Source: Octopus sinensis
Lineage: Eukaryota
Reading direction: 5' to 3'
Assembly: GCF_006345805.1 (NCBI RefSeq)
Contig: NC_043015.1
Coordinates: 50,406,001-50,470,000, forward strand
DNA length: 64,000 nt
The translations under genes and the position numbers were made by a program. Below the pieces are notes generated by a model. That model saw only the letters and a list, made by a program, of their open reading frames with translations. It did not search any database and was not told the origin of the DNA. The first letter of the stretch is position 1. Every line of letters begins with the position of its first letter. Shown here piece by piece: positions 12,317 to 24,811 of this stretch.

Positions 12317-13584
12317 ACAGTTTGATTTGGCGCTATGCAAACTTACAGAAACCAAGTTTGTCAGAAACTGAGCTCAATAAACTAGATTTCTGTATGATGT
12401 CTATGAAAACTTTTAAATTAGCATGGGATCAAATCAAATTGTTTTAAATAATCCTTTTGACTACAGGTATGAGGCCTAAGATTTTTAGGGTGGGGAATAG
12501 TTGATTGCATTGACCCCAATATTTCACTGGTACATAATTTGTCAATTCCTAAAGGATGAAAGGCAAAATTAGAATCAGAACCTAGAACCATATGGCTGAG
12601 AAGCAAACTCCATACTGCACAGCCACACAAACACCCCACCACCACTACCACCACCACACCCCTCTGCAGATCATTTTGAAAGGACACACATCTACAAAAC
12701 AACAGCGTAATTATAACATCAATATGTTGATTTTATGGTGGAAAACCTGTGAAGTCACCGGTAAGTAATAAACAGATTTATCAGTCATATGATATTTGGG
12801 TTAACACACTAATACACTTTTATATCCTAAATACTCATTATTAATCAAACACAGAATTAATTACAACTTCTCTAATGTTTAACTTTATTTGATATTATTA
12901 TTAGTTTATATAGAGTGCAGTGAAATAATCACGGTACCAGCTCAAACAAGATGTCTCCTGGCCAATCTACAATTATTCTCCTCATTTTCCTCCTTCTCTA
13001 CAAATAATTATTATCAATTATTATTATTACTATGGCACACAAAGGTGGCGAGCTCGCAGAATCGTTAGCATGTTGGGCGAAAGAAGGCGACAGGCTGGCA
13101 GAATTGTAAGGATGCCGAGCAAAAGAAGGGGGTGAGCTGGCAGAATTATTAGCATGCTGAGCAAAAGAAGCTGAATCCATCCATCCATCCTCATTTATCA
13201 TGATTGTTAGGGTCCAAAACAACACCATGTTAAATGAATCAATGATAGATGAATAACAGAAGATAAGGGGGGAAAACAGGCTTCGTTCTGAGACCCCCAA
13301 GTTGTTCTGAGTATTGTGGAAGTCGGTGGGGTATGTTCTTGTGATAAAAGAGGAATCTTTGGTTGATCACAGATTTGTGTTATCAAGGATCAGTTCTGCG
13401 ACAATCATAAGATGATTCACAATGAGCGTATCATTATTCGAGATCAGTGTTAACCCTCTTAGGACACCCGGGCCAATTAGTTGGTTCGGGTGATACAAGC
13501 TGGAAGGATTTTGAGGTCAAACCACAGGCCGATGAAAGGAACATTTTGAAGTGTAATTAGCCAATGAGAGATCATCTTTCATCA

Positions 13585-13950
13585 TCGTTTAACATCTGTT
13601 GTCCATGTTGGCATGGGTTGGACGGTTTGGCTGGGCCGGCACGCTGGAAGGCTGCACTAGACTCCAGTCTGATTTGGCATGGAGGTCCTTCCTAACGCCA
13701 ACCACTCCGAGACCGTAATGGGTGATTTTATATGCCACTGGTACGTGTGCCATTTGTGTGACACCAGTATCTGCCATGACTGTGATTTTACTCAGCTTGA
13801 TGGGTCTTCGTCTCAAGCACAACATCATGCCAAAAGTCTTGGTCAATGCCTCCGTGAGGCTCAACACTCGAAGGGAGCTCAGCCACTTTGCCTCTATGAG
13901 ACCCAACACTTGAAAGGAACTCAGCCACCTCACCTCCATGAGTAAATATA
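13585..13950 (-). mobile_element. RTE LINE 3' fragment (second subfamily, short 3'UTR)
   Basis: The minus strand reads LRVLSLTEALTK/..WHDVVLETKTHQAE*, homologous to the ORF2 C-terminus at 40225-40313, followed by the family C tail. Confidence 0.7.
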
Positions 13951-14107
13951 AAGGCAGTGTGGTAGGCAGCTTGCTTACCGAACCACATGGTCCTGGGTTC
14001 AGTCCTACTGTGTGGCATCTTGGGCAAGTGTCTTCTGCTATAGCCTCGGGCCGACCAATGCCTTGTGAGTGGATTTGGTAGATGGAAACTGAAAGAAGCC
14101 TGTCGTA

Positions 14108-14165
<58 letters not shown>

Positions 14166-14525
14166 TGGCGTTAGGAAGGGCATCCAGCTGTAGAAACACT
14201 GCCAGATAAGACTGGAGCCTGGTGCAGCCTTCTGGCTTCCCAGATCCCCGGTCGAACTATCCAACCCATGCTAGCATGGAGAACGGACGTTAAACGATGA
14301 TGATGATGATGATGATGATGTATGTGTGTGTATATGTCTGTGTTTGTCCCCCTAGCATTGCTTGACAACCGATGCTGGTGTGTTTACATCCCCGGCAAAA
14401 GATACCGATAGAATAAGTACTGGGCTTACAAAGAATAAGCCCCGGGGTCGATTTGCTCGACTAAAGGCAGTGCTCCAGCATGGCCGCAGTCAAATGACTG
14501 AAACAAGTAAATGAGTAAAAGAGTA
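13951..14525 (+). mobile_element. SINE family A with a family C tail nested in its internal (TA)n
   Basis: A head at 13951-14110, (TA)n, C tail at 14165-14320, then A tail at 14325-14525. Confidence 0.85.
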
Positions 14526-15019
14526 ATATAAATAACTTTACTTGCTATTAAAGTAGTTTTAGACATTTTATCTTTTATTTTCTTTCTGCACCTATCATGT
14601 TCAATCTCAAGAGAAAAAGACATTTCGGTCTTTTTGGCTACATATACCAAAACACCATGTGTCTCAAGAGGGTTAAACGAGGATAGATGTACTGGGGTCA
14701 ATGTAATGAACTAACATTCTTCCCCTGCCTACACCCCCCCCGCTTGAAAATTGCAGGCTTTGTGTCAGAATTTGAACCCCCCCCCCCCCGCATGTATTAA
14801 GTTCGCTCAATTTGTAATTAATGTAAGTTGAATTCTTGTTTTTTTTTTTTTTTTTTGCATGAATGGCTTATGTATGGAAATGCCAAATGTTTGATGAAAT
14901 GTGTGTGGATGTGTGTGTGTGTGTGTTCGCATTGATGCCTAACACTGCTTTCTTCCCAATGATATGCTTAGGACAATCCTGTTAACATGTCAGCTTTTGT
15001 TTTCTAATCTTGTTTGTAG

Positions 15020-15370
15020 GCATCATCATCATTATAATCATTGTCATCGTCATCATCATCATCATTGTTATTATTATGATGATTATTTTTATTAAACCAA
15101 GTTCATTTAGTACAACTGTCTCAGGTTCTGACATTTTGGCTCATTATTCCTCTCACCACCACCACCACCAAAATCACCACCCCCACCACCATCGCCACCG
15201 CCACCACCACCACCACCACAACCACCAAAGCCACCACCACTACCACCGCCGCCACCACCACCACCACAACCACCAAAGCCACCACCACTACCACCGCCGT
15301 CGCCGCTGCCACCAACACCACCACCACCACCACCACCACCATCACCATCATCATCGTCATCATCATACTG
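15020..15370. repeat. (CAT)/(CAC) microsatellite with a 51-bp internal duplication
   Basis: CACAACCACCAAAGCCACCACCACTACCACCGCC occurs twice. Confidence 0.9.
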
Positions 15371-16302
15371 TTAAGGGTAATGGAGTGGCAGAGTCATTTG
15401 AAAGATGCCCGGCAGTATTTCTTTTGACATTTTATGTTCTGGAGTTCAACTCCAACCAAGGTCAATGTCACATTACATTCCTTCAGGGTCAAATAAAATA
15501 AAATAAAATACTGCTTTAAGTACTACATGTGTGTATGTGCATGTGTGTGTGTGGGGGGGGGGGGGCAGTGTCATCACCTGACCCCCTCCTCTCTGAATCA
15601 CTGTCCTTTTTGCATAAATCAGAATCCAAGGGCAGTCAGCAAGAAAACTTGTTAGAATGGCGGAGTGGGGCGGGGAAGAAATACCTTGCAGTATTTATTT
15701 TAGATTCTGAGTTCAAATCCAACTGAAGTCAGTTTTGTCTTTCATACATGATTCATTGAGATTATTTCATCTCATCGCTCCATGTTACCGACAAATCACA
15801 AACTCTAAGTTTCTGTTCAACATGCAAAACATGAGGCAAGGCATAAACTCATTTACATAACGCTGCAAGGATTGACGAGGTGAGGTGGGCAAGGGCCAAT
15901 AATTCCAAGAGAACCAATATATCATAGGTTATGAATAAATAAATGAATATCTATTTATTTATTCATAAGCCGCACGATATTGGCACCTTTGTAATTATAT
16001 ATACCTGTTATATTCATCATGTATGGGAAAGTGTCAAAATATTTCTTCACACATCTATGACTTGGTTAGAGACGATATTCTACAGCAACTGTTGAAAGTC
16101 ATATTCAAAGTTAAAGAATGTAAGATGCTGAAAGGAGAAAAGAAATCGTTTCCTCTGTACCTACCTCACCTTTTCTCTCATAATTTATTCATTTAAAAAA
16201 AAAATATATCTTTCACTTTCTTACCTATTTATCTTGTTTCTTATCGAAGTACTTAATGATCTTTACATAACGAAAAAAAAATAATAAAAATAATAATAAT
16301 GA

Positions 16303-16475
16303 TAGGCGTAGGAGTGGCTGCGAATTAAGTAGCTTGCTTACGAACCACATGGTTCCAGGTTCAGTCTCACTGCATGGCACCTCAAGCAAGTGTCTTCTAC
16401 TATAGCCTCAGGCTGACTAAGGCCTTGTGAATGGATTTGGTAGACGGAAACTGAAAGATGCCCATCGTATATATG

Positions 16476-16519
<44 letters not shown>

Positions 16520-16672
16520 TGTGTGTGTGTTTGTTTGTGTGTCTGTGTTTGTCCCCCCAACATCGCTTGACAACTAATGCTGATGTGTTTATATCCCCAT
16601 AACTTAGCGGTTCGGCAAAGGGGACCGATAGAATAAGTACTAGGCTTACAAAGAATAGGTCCTGGGGATTGA
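16303..16672 (+). mobile_element. SINE family A, 3' end interrupted by (TA)n and an insertion
   Basis: Homology to 5071-5400. Confidence 0.85.
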
Positions 16673-16699
16673 TATATATATATATATATATATATATTA

Positions 16700-17030
16700 T
16701 CTATTATATAAAATCCCTTCTGTCTGTCTCTGTGGGTGTCTTTTAGGATCTTGTGCATCCTCCATCCGATTGTGCTCAAATTTGATATGTAGATACCAAT
16801 AGTATCAGGGTGTGTATAAGTCTTGAAACAATTACTAAAATCGATTCCAGGTGAGAATGTGATCAATAAAGTGAATAAAATCGTTTTTCTTTGGAATAGA
16901 AAAAAAGTCTATCTTTATTTCTTCTTTTGCTGGTGTCTCAAATTTAGGTTAAATCAGTTTTTCTCAAAGGGGAGGCCTATGGGATGGTCAGACACCATCC
17001 ATTGGACGGGGGGGGGGTAGCGTTTTGCTC
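16700..17030 (+). mobile_element. Candidate non-autonomous Helitron/Helentron-like element
   Basis: Starts TCTATTATATAAAA followed by (TCTG)-like repeats and CCGATT..CTCAAATTTG. Subterminal perfect 7-bp hairpin GGATGGT-CAGAC-ACCATCC at 16982-17000. No canonical CTRR end was seen. Confidence 0.35.
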
Positions 17031-18260
17031 CTATATACATACATATATATATATATGTATATATGTATGTATATATATCTATCTATCTATCTAACTATCT
17101 ATCTATCTATCTATCTATATCTATATCTATATATGTATGTATGTATGTATGTATTAATAGAAGTGTACAGTACTATATATCCATTACGACCGATCTTACC
17201 AATTGGTTTCGTGCCAGAGATTCAATGGAGTGTTTGGTAACAGTCCAATTATGTAACCCAGTGCTCATCAGAGGTAGCCATTATGGAATGGAATATATAC
17301 ATATATATATGTATATGTCTGTGTTTGTCCACCACCACTACCACCACTTGACAAGTAGTATTGGATTATTTACACCCCACATAACTTAGTGGATTGGCAA
17401 AAGAGACCAATAAAATAAGTACCAGACTTGAAAAATAATAAAGTACAGGGATTGATTTATTTAACTAAATTCATCAAGGTAGTGCCCCAGCATGGCTGCA
17501 GTCCAATGACTGAAATAAGTAAAAGATAGAAGGATGGTGAGAAATTGAACTGAAAGAGGTTTATTATTCAGAATGGTGTCATTGAAATGGTGCAGGTGAA
17601 ACATCAAAAGGAATGAAAATCTGATGTTGTTGCTGTTGTTGTTGTAAAAAAGAAAGGGTAAAGAAAACAATGGTAGAGGAACTGTCTAGATTTGGCTGTT
17701 ATTTCTAGGAAGCAAATGTCTTACATACAGAGCTCCTCCTTAACATGGAGTTATGTGAAGTGAACCAAAGCATTGAAATGAAGCATGTAAAAGACATGAC
17801 TAAAAAAATTAATGGTTAATTAAAGTATTACATAATTAGAGACATAATTAGGAAAAAAAATTAATTAAATTTCATTGATGAATTTCAATTGAAAAGTGAA
17901 ATAATGCACACATGGCTGTGAATGAAGTGTTAGTTTGAAAAAATTGGTCAGGAAGAAAAAGAAGGGAATTCAACAGGAATATTTAGTATTTGAAAGTAAA
18001 AGGAAAATAGGGACCGGCATGGCTGTGGGGTTATGAAGCTTGGTTTGTAATCATGGCTTCAGGTTCAGTCCCTACACATGGCACTTTTGGGTAAGCATTT
18101 TCTTGCTATAACCCTGGGCTGACTAAAGACTTGTGAGTGAATTAGGTTGATGGAAACTGAAAGAAGCCCATTGTATATGTATGTATGTATGTATGTATAT
18201 ATGTATGAGAGAAAGAGAGAAAGAGAAAGAGAGATTGAGTGTGTGTGTGAGAGAGAAATT

Positions 18261-18310
<50 letters not shown>

Positions 18311-18666
18311 AATTGAGTGTGTGTGTGAGAAAGAGAGAGATTGAATGTGTGTGTGTGTGTGTGTGTGTCTGAAAGAGAGAGATTGAGTGTGTGTGTGTGT
18401 GTGTGTGTGTGAAAGAGAGAGAGAGAGATTGAGTGTGTGTGGGTGTGTGAGAAAGAGAAAAATTGAATGCGTGTGAGAGAGCGAAATTGAGTGTGTGTGT
18501 GTGTGTGTATGTGAGAAAGAAAGTGTGTTTGTGTCTCTTTGTCTTGGCATTGCATTATTTTAAATAAGTGTTGTACATTTCCAGTATTCTGCAAAAACCA
18601 TATCTGGCCATGAGAAAATATTGTCTCGGTTGAAGCCAGGTAAGGATTGGCATCAGGAAAGGCATC

Positions 18667-21640
18667 TCATCATCATCATCATCATCATCATTTAACGTCC
18701 GCTTTCCATGCTAGCATGGGTTGGACGGTTCAACTGGGGTCTGGGGAGCCCGAAAGCTGCACCAGTCCAGTCAGATCTGGCAGTGTTTCTACAGCTGGAT
18801 GCCCTTCCTAACGCCAACCACTCCGAGAGTGTAGTGGGTGATTTTATGTGCCACCGACACAGGTGCCAGACGAGGCTGACAAACGGCCACGCTTGGATGG
18901 TGTTTTTATGTGCCACCGACACAGGTGCCAGACGAGGCTGGCAGACGGCCACGCTCGGATGGTGTTTTTTGTATGTGCCACCGACACAGGTGCCAGACGA
19001 GGCTGGCAGACGGCCACGCTCGGATGGTGTTTTTATGTGCCACCGACACAGGTGCCAGACGAGGCTGGCACCGGCCACGCTCGGATGGTTTTTTATGTGC
19101 CACCGACACAGGTGCCAGATGAGGCTGGCAAACGGCCACGATCGGATGGTGCTTGTTACGTGCCCACAGCACGGAGGCCAGTCGATGCGGTACTGGCTAC
19201 GGCCACGTTCGGATGATTTTCTTTCTTATGTGCCACGTGCCACCGGCACTGGTACCACAAAGATACAAATTCCATTGATGTTCATCTATTTTGATTTGTT
19301 TTGATTTGATTTTCACTTGCCTCAACAGGTCTTCACAAGTGTCACAAGAAGGAAGGTATGCACAGGTGGACTGACTACGTCCCAGGTAGGGGCCATGGTT
19401 ATGGCCTGACTAGTCTTGCCGGGTCTTCGGATGGTGTTTTTATGTGCCACCGACACAGGTGCTAGATGAGGCTGGCGAACGGCCACGATCGGATGGTGTT
19501 TGTCATGTGCCCACCGCACTGACTACGGCACTGATGGATTCTTGTGTGCCACAGGCACTGGTACCACAAGATACAAATTCATTGATGTTCATCTATTTTG
19601 TCTATTTTGATTTGATTTGATTTGATTTTCACTTGCCTCAACCGGTCTTCACAAGTGTCACAAGAAGGAAGGAAGGTATGCACAGGTGACTGACTAGTCT
19701 TGCCGGGTCTTCGGAAGGTGTTTTTATGTGCCACCGACACAGGTGCCAGATGAGGCTGGCGAACGGCCATGATCGGATGGTGTTTGTTACGTGCCCACAG
19801 CACGGAGGCCGGTCGATGCGGAACTGGCTACGGCCACGTTCGGATGGTTCTCATGTGTGCCACCACCGGCACTGGTACCACAAAGTGTGTGCCACCGGCA
19901 CTGGTACCAAAAGATACAGATTCCATTGATGTTCATCTATTTTGATTTGTTTTGATTTGATTTTCACTTGCCTCAACAGGTCTTCACAAGTGTCACAAGA
20001 AGGAAGGTATGCACAGGTGGACTGACTACGTCCCAGGTAGGGGCCATGGGTTATGGCCTGACTAGTCTTGCCGGGTCTTCGGATGGTGTTTTTATGTGCC
20101 ACCGACACAGGTGCTAGATGAGGCTGGCGAACGGCCATGATCGGATGGTGTTTGTCATGTGCCCACAGAACGGAGGCCAGTCGAGCGGTACTGGCTACGG
20201 CCCACTTCGGATGGTTTTCTCTTGTGTGCCACCGGCACTGGTACCACAAAGATACAAATTCCATTGATGTTCATCTATTTTGATTTGTTTTGATTTGATT
20301 TGATTTGATTTTCACTTGCCTCAACAGGCCTTTGATTTTCACTTGCCTCAACAGGCCTTCACAAGTATCACAAGGAGGAAGGTATGCACAGGTGGACTGA
20401 CTACGTCCCAGGTAGGGGCCATGGTTTATGGCCTGACTAGTCTTGCCGGGTCTTCGGAAGGTGTTTTTATGTGCCACCACCGACACAGGTGCTAGATGAG
20501 GCTGGCGAACGGCCACGACCGGATGGTGTTTGTTATGTGCCCACAGCACGATGGCCAGTGATGCGGTACTGACTACGGCCATGTTCGGATGGATTCTTGT
20601 GTGCCACCGGCACTGGTACCACAAGCGGTACTGACTACTTTTTATGTGCCACCGACACAGGTGCTAGATGAGGCTGGCGAACGGCCACGACCGGATGGTG
20701 TTTGTTATGTGCCCACAGCACGATGGCCAGTGATGCGTACTGACTACGGCCACGTTCGGATGGATTCTTGTGTGCCATGCCACCGGCACTGGTACCACAA
20801 GCGGTAACTGACTATGGCCACGTTCGGATGGATTCTTGTGTGCCACCGGCACTGGTACACAAGCGTACTGACTACGGCCACGTTCGGATGGATTCTTGTG
20901 TGCCACTGGCACTGGTACCACAAGAATACAAATTCCATTGATGTTCATCTATTTTGATTTGTTTTGATTTGATTTGATTTTCACTTGCCTCAGCAGGTCT
21001 TCACAAGTCGGAAGGTATGTACAGGTGGACTGACTACGTCCCAGGTAGGGCCACGGGTTATGACCTGACTAGTCTTGCCGGGTCTTCGGATGGTGTTTTT
21101 ATGTGCCACCATGTCCCCACAGCACGGAGGCCAGTCGATGCGGTACTGGCTACGGCCACGTTCGGATGGTTTTCTTGTGTGCCACAGGCACTGGTACCAC
21201 AAAGATACAAATTCCATTGATGTTCATCTATTTGATTGATTTTCACTTGCCTCAGCAGTCTTCACAAGTGTCACAAGAAGGAAGGTATGCACAGGTGGAT
21301 CGACTACGTCCCAGGTAGGGGCCACGGGATATGGCCTGACTAGTCCTAGCGCCGGGTCCTCTCATGCACAGCACACTTCCATAGGACTCGGTCTTCAGTC
21401 ATTTCCTTGGTGAGACCTAAAGTTCGAAGGTCGTGCTTCACCACCTCGTCCCAGGTTTCCTGGGTCTACCTCTTCCACAGGTTCCCTCAACTGCTAGGTT
21501 GTAGCACTTTTGCACACAACTATCTTCAGCCATTCTCGTCACATGACCATACCAGCGCAGCCGTCTCTCTTGCACACCACAACTGACACTTCTTAGGTTC
21601 AACTTTTCTCTCAAAGTACTTACACTCTGACGATTATCCG
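18667..21640 (-). mobile_element. 5'-truncated RTE LINE with a ~2.7-kb tandemly expanded 3'UTR
   Basis: 21346-21640 is the reverse complement of the ORF2 C-terminus (cf. 40020-40313). 18845-21340 consists of ~60-bp and 270-630-bp units, with a (CAT)n tail at 18667-18691. Confidence 0.9.
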
Positions 21641-22506
21641 TAGAAAATCTACTTCAATAAACTCTGTCCTGTCCAACTCTTGCGAGCATGGAAAAATGGA
21701 CATCAAAATGATGATGATGATAGTGGCAACGGCTGCGGTGGCAATGACGACGGTGATGACAAAGATTGCGACGGTGACATCGACGGCGACAACTGTCAAC
21801 CAGTAGAAAAGTGACTGCGATTATTCTGCAAGAATCTTTGAAACAATTCCCAAGATTTGGGGAGGCTTGTCGTCACCAAACCTCATGATACTATTTCTGC
21901 TAACTAGAGTAAGCATGTAATCAATTTTGAATAATAATGTCAATGACATCAACAAAGACAGTGATAATAATAATGTATAGAATTAAAAACCTTCTATTGT
22001 GATAGGTTCAGTGATGAGGAAATGGTTGTCTGTTTAGAACGGTAGATTAATTTGGTGGTGAAGGCGGATGTACTTGTGGTTGGTCTGGCTATAAAATACA
22101 GACAATAGCAAACATCCAATCCATTAAATGAATAACTGAATTCTGCACAGATAAAAAATAAATAAATAATTTTAATTAGCTGATAAGAAATGAGGTATAA
22201 AGTCTAAACAAACAAAAAGACCTCCTCCATAGCCCATAAAAACTGACCAAAAACTGACTTTTGAAGCACATAATAGCATATTAATAACCAGGTTATAGGT
22301 GTATAACAAGAATGTTTATTTTTTTTTTAACATTTCATGGTTTGCAAGACAATTTAAGAGGCAGCTGTCACTTGTGAATGAGTGTGGCTTGGTGGTATCT
22401 TCTATGTTTTTGCAAACTGTTTTTAGTGCTTCTGAGCAGACATAGGAAGCCTCTTGTCTCTCCCACCCTTTCATCATAGTAGAACATCCAGAACATGCCG
22501 GTTGGG

Positions 22507-22541
<35 letters not shown>

Positions 22542-22974
22542 ATGCCAGCATTCGGGGGGGAGGGCTGGGTAATTCTTTTGCAGTTGTGCAATGAAAAGTA
22601 AAGTGCCTTACTCAAGGACACACTGCACCATCCACCTTTAACAACAAGGCCACGTACCACAACAATGATGCTTTCGCCAAATAAATCAATGGTGAATCTA
22701 ATAATGCAAATGTTGTTTCCATGGCTACCTTGATCCTAACCTGATGTATTGTGTATTTGGTTGGTTCAACCTGCTGCAGGGATGTTGAGCAATTGCAAAA
22801 TTTAGAAATCGAACCAGGATCACTATCATCACTGTCATCATCATAATCATCCCCACCACCACCACCACCACCACCACCACCGCCACCACCACCACCACCA
22901 CCACCACCACCACCACCACCATTTAACATCTGTTTTCCATGCTGGCATGGACTGGACAGTTTGGCATGGTTCCT

Positions 22975-23340
22975 ACTCTTTTACTCGTTTCAGTCATTTG
23001 ACTGCGGCCATGCTGGAGCACTGCCTTTAGTTGAGCAAATCGACCCCAGGACTTATTCTATCGATCTCTTTTGCCGAACCACTAAGTTACAGGGACGTAA
23101 ACAAACCAGCATCAGTTGTCAAGCGAAGTTGGTGGGGACAAATACACACACACACACATACATATATATATATACATATATACAACGGGTTTCTTTCAGT
23201 TTCCGTCTACCAAATCCACTCAAGGCTTTGGTTGGCCTGAGGCTATAGTAGAAGACACTTGCCCAAAGTGCCATGCAGTGGGACTGAATCCGGAACCATG
23301 TGGTTGGTAAGCAAGCTACTTACCGCACAGCCACTCCTGC
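22975..23340 (-). mobile_element. Full-length SINE family A
   Basis: Reverse-complement homology to 5071-5477. Confidence 0.9.
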
Positions 23341-23400
23341 TGGATGCCCTTCCCAACACCAAATCATCTTCAGCAATAATGTCTGGACGATTTGCTTTAA

Positions 23401-23616
23401 ACCTTAAATATCTAAACTAGCTGCATGCAGCCCAAATATTCTACTTGTCCTATGTTGAAACTGGCCTGATCCAGCCTCTCACACCTACCCTAGAATGTCA
23501 TCGTAAAAATAAACAACCACATCATCAAAATCTTGAAGTATGAGATAAATTATTGATCCAAAACAATGTGAATACATAAGCATTACATTTGGCAGAGGAA
23601 TCTGAATGCTAAAGGT
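23401..23616. mobile_element. piggyBac-like MITE (TTAA flanks)
   Basis: TTAA|ACCTTAAATAT...ATGCTAAAGGT|TTAA: short imperfect TIRs with TTAA on both sides and no coding capacity. Confidence 0.55.
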
Positions 23617-24414
23617 TTAATCTTTGTATCTTTGAGAATCAGCAAATCCAAAGATTGGCAATTCCTTACTCAATAACATAATCAGCAATCAAGAAGGGAG
23701 AGCAACATGTTTTTTTCCTTCTTTTTTTCTTTGTTTTTTTTTAGTTGATTCTCAGATTGTGAAATATTACTATCGTCATTCTGTTGTTGTGACATAGTAC
23801 TGTGACATAGTACAGCAAAATGCACCGTGCTGCAGATGCAGCGATAATGGAGAGGTTGACGAAAATAAGGATTAGAAGACGGGGGGGAAAAAAAACATTC
23901 CACCACCACCACCATCACCACCACCACCACCACCACCACAACAACAACAACAACAACAACACATCGTGTGTTTAGTTTCCATGGCGAGTAGTTTTGATGT
24001 TTGAATTCATTGAACATTCCTTAATGAACTAAAATTGATTTTCTTTGGTAAGAACAAACGACAAATTAAATACAATTTATACAATGACAACAACAACAAC
24101 AACCACAATCCTGACAATATTAACGACAACAACAACAACAACAACAACAACAGCATCGACATGTTGTAGTATCGTATTACAATTTTAATGCAATTTGCTT
24201 TCAAATCTAATATCTAAATAATACACTCTCAAAATGAAGGACTAAACCAGGTTGAAATATTGGGGGTTGTTGGTATGGCAATATCAGCAGCTGTTTACAG
24301 GAGTTCATTATCTCAGCATTTTATATGGCAATAATAATAATAATATAATAATAATAATAATAATAACAATAATGATGATGATAATAATAATAATAATAAT
24401 GATAATAATCTTTT

Positions 24415-24800
24415 CTACTCTAGGCATAAGGCCTGAATTTTTTTTTTTTTTTTTTGTGGGGGCGGAGCAGTTGATTAGATTGACCCCAGTACACAACTGG
24501 TGCTTATTTAATTGACCCTGAAAGGATGAAAAGCAAAGTTGACCTTGGTGGAATTTGAACTCAGAATGTAAAGACAGATAAGATAATGTTAAGTGTTTTG
24601 CTAAGCGTGCTAATGTTTCTGCCAGCTTGCAGCCTTTAAATATTCTTTTCTGCACGAGGTACAAGGCCTAAAATTTTGGGAGAACAAGGGTGGGGAGGCA
24701 GTCGATTAGATTGATCCCAGTATGCAACTGGTACATAATTTATCGACCCTGAAAGGATCAAAGGCAAAGTTGATCTTGGTGGAATTTGAACTCAGAGTAA
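24415..24800 (-). mobile_element. Head-to-tail pair of SINE family B copies
   Basis: Two reverse-complement B bodies (GAAAGGATSAAARGCAAAGTTGAYCTTGGTGGAATTTGAACTCAG). Similar pairs at 25725-26185, 28260-28725, 37500-37960 (-) and 48517-48890 (+). Confidence 0.85.
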
Positions 24801-24811
24801 TATTTCACTTT

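Noticed and set aside
18845-19140. Palindromic ~60-bp repeats resembling a CRISPR or REP array, and the long ORFs over them
   Set aside because: The units are tandem copies of the RTE 3'UTR subrepeat (cf. 40660-40760), and the ORFs arise from the repetition.
23682-23880. Minus-strand peptide MSQQQNDDSNISQSENQLKKNKEKKKEK
   Set aside because: The Lys run comes from a poly-T tract, and the frame stops before the nearest donor (~23670).
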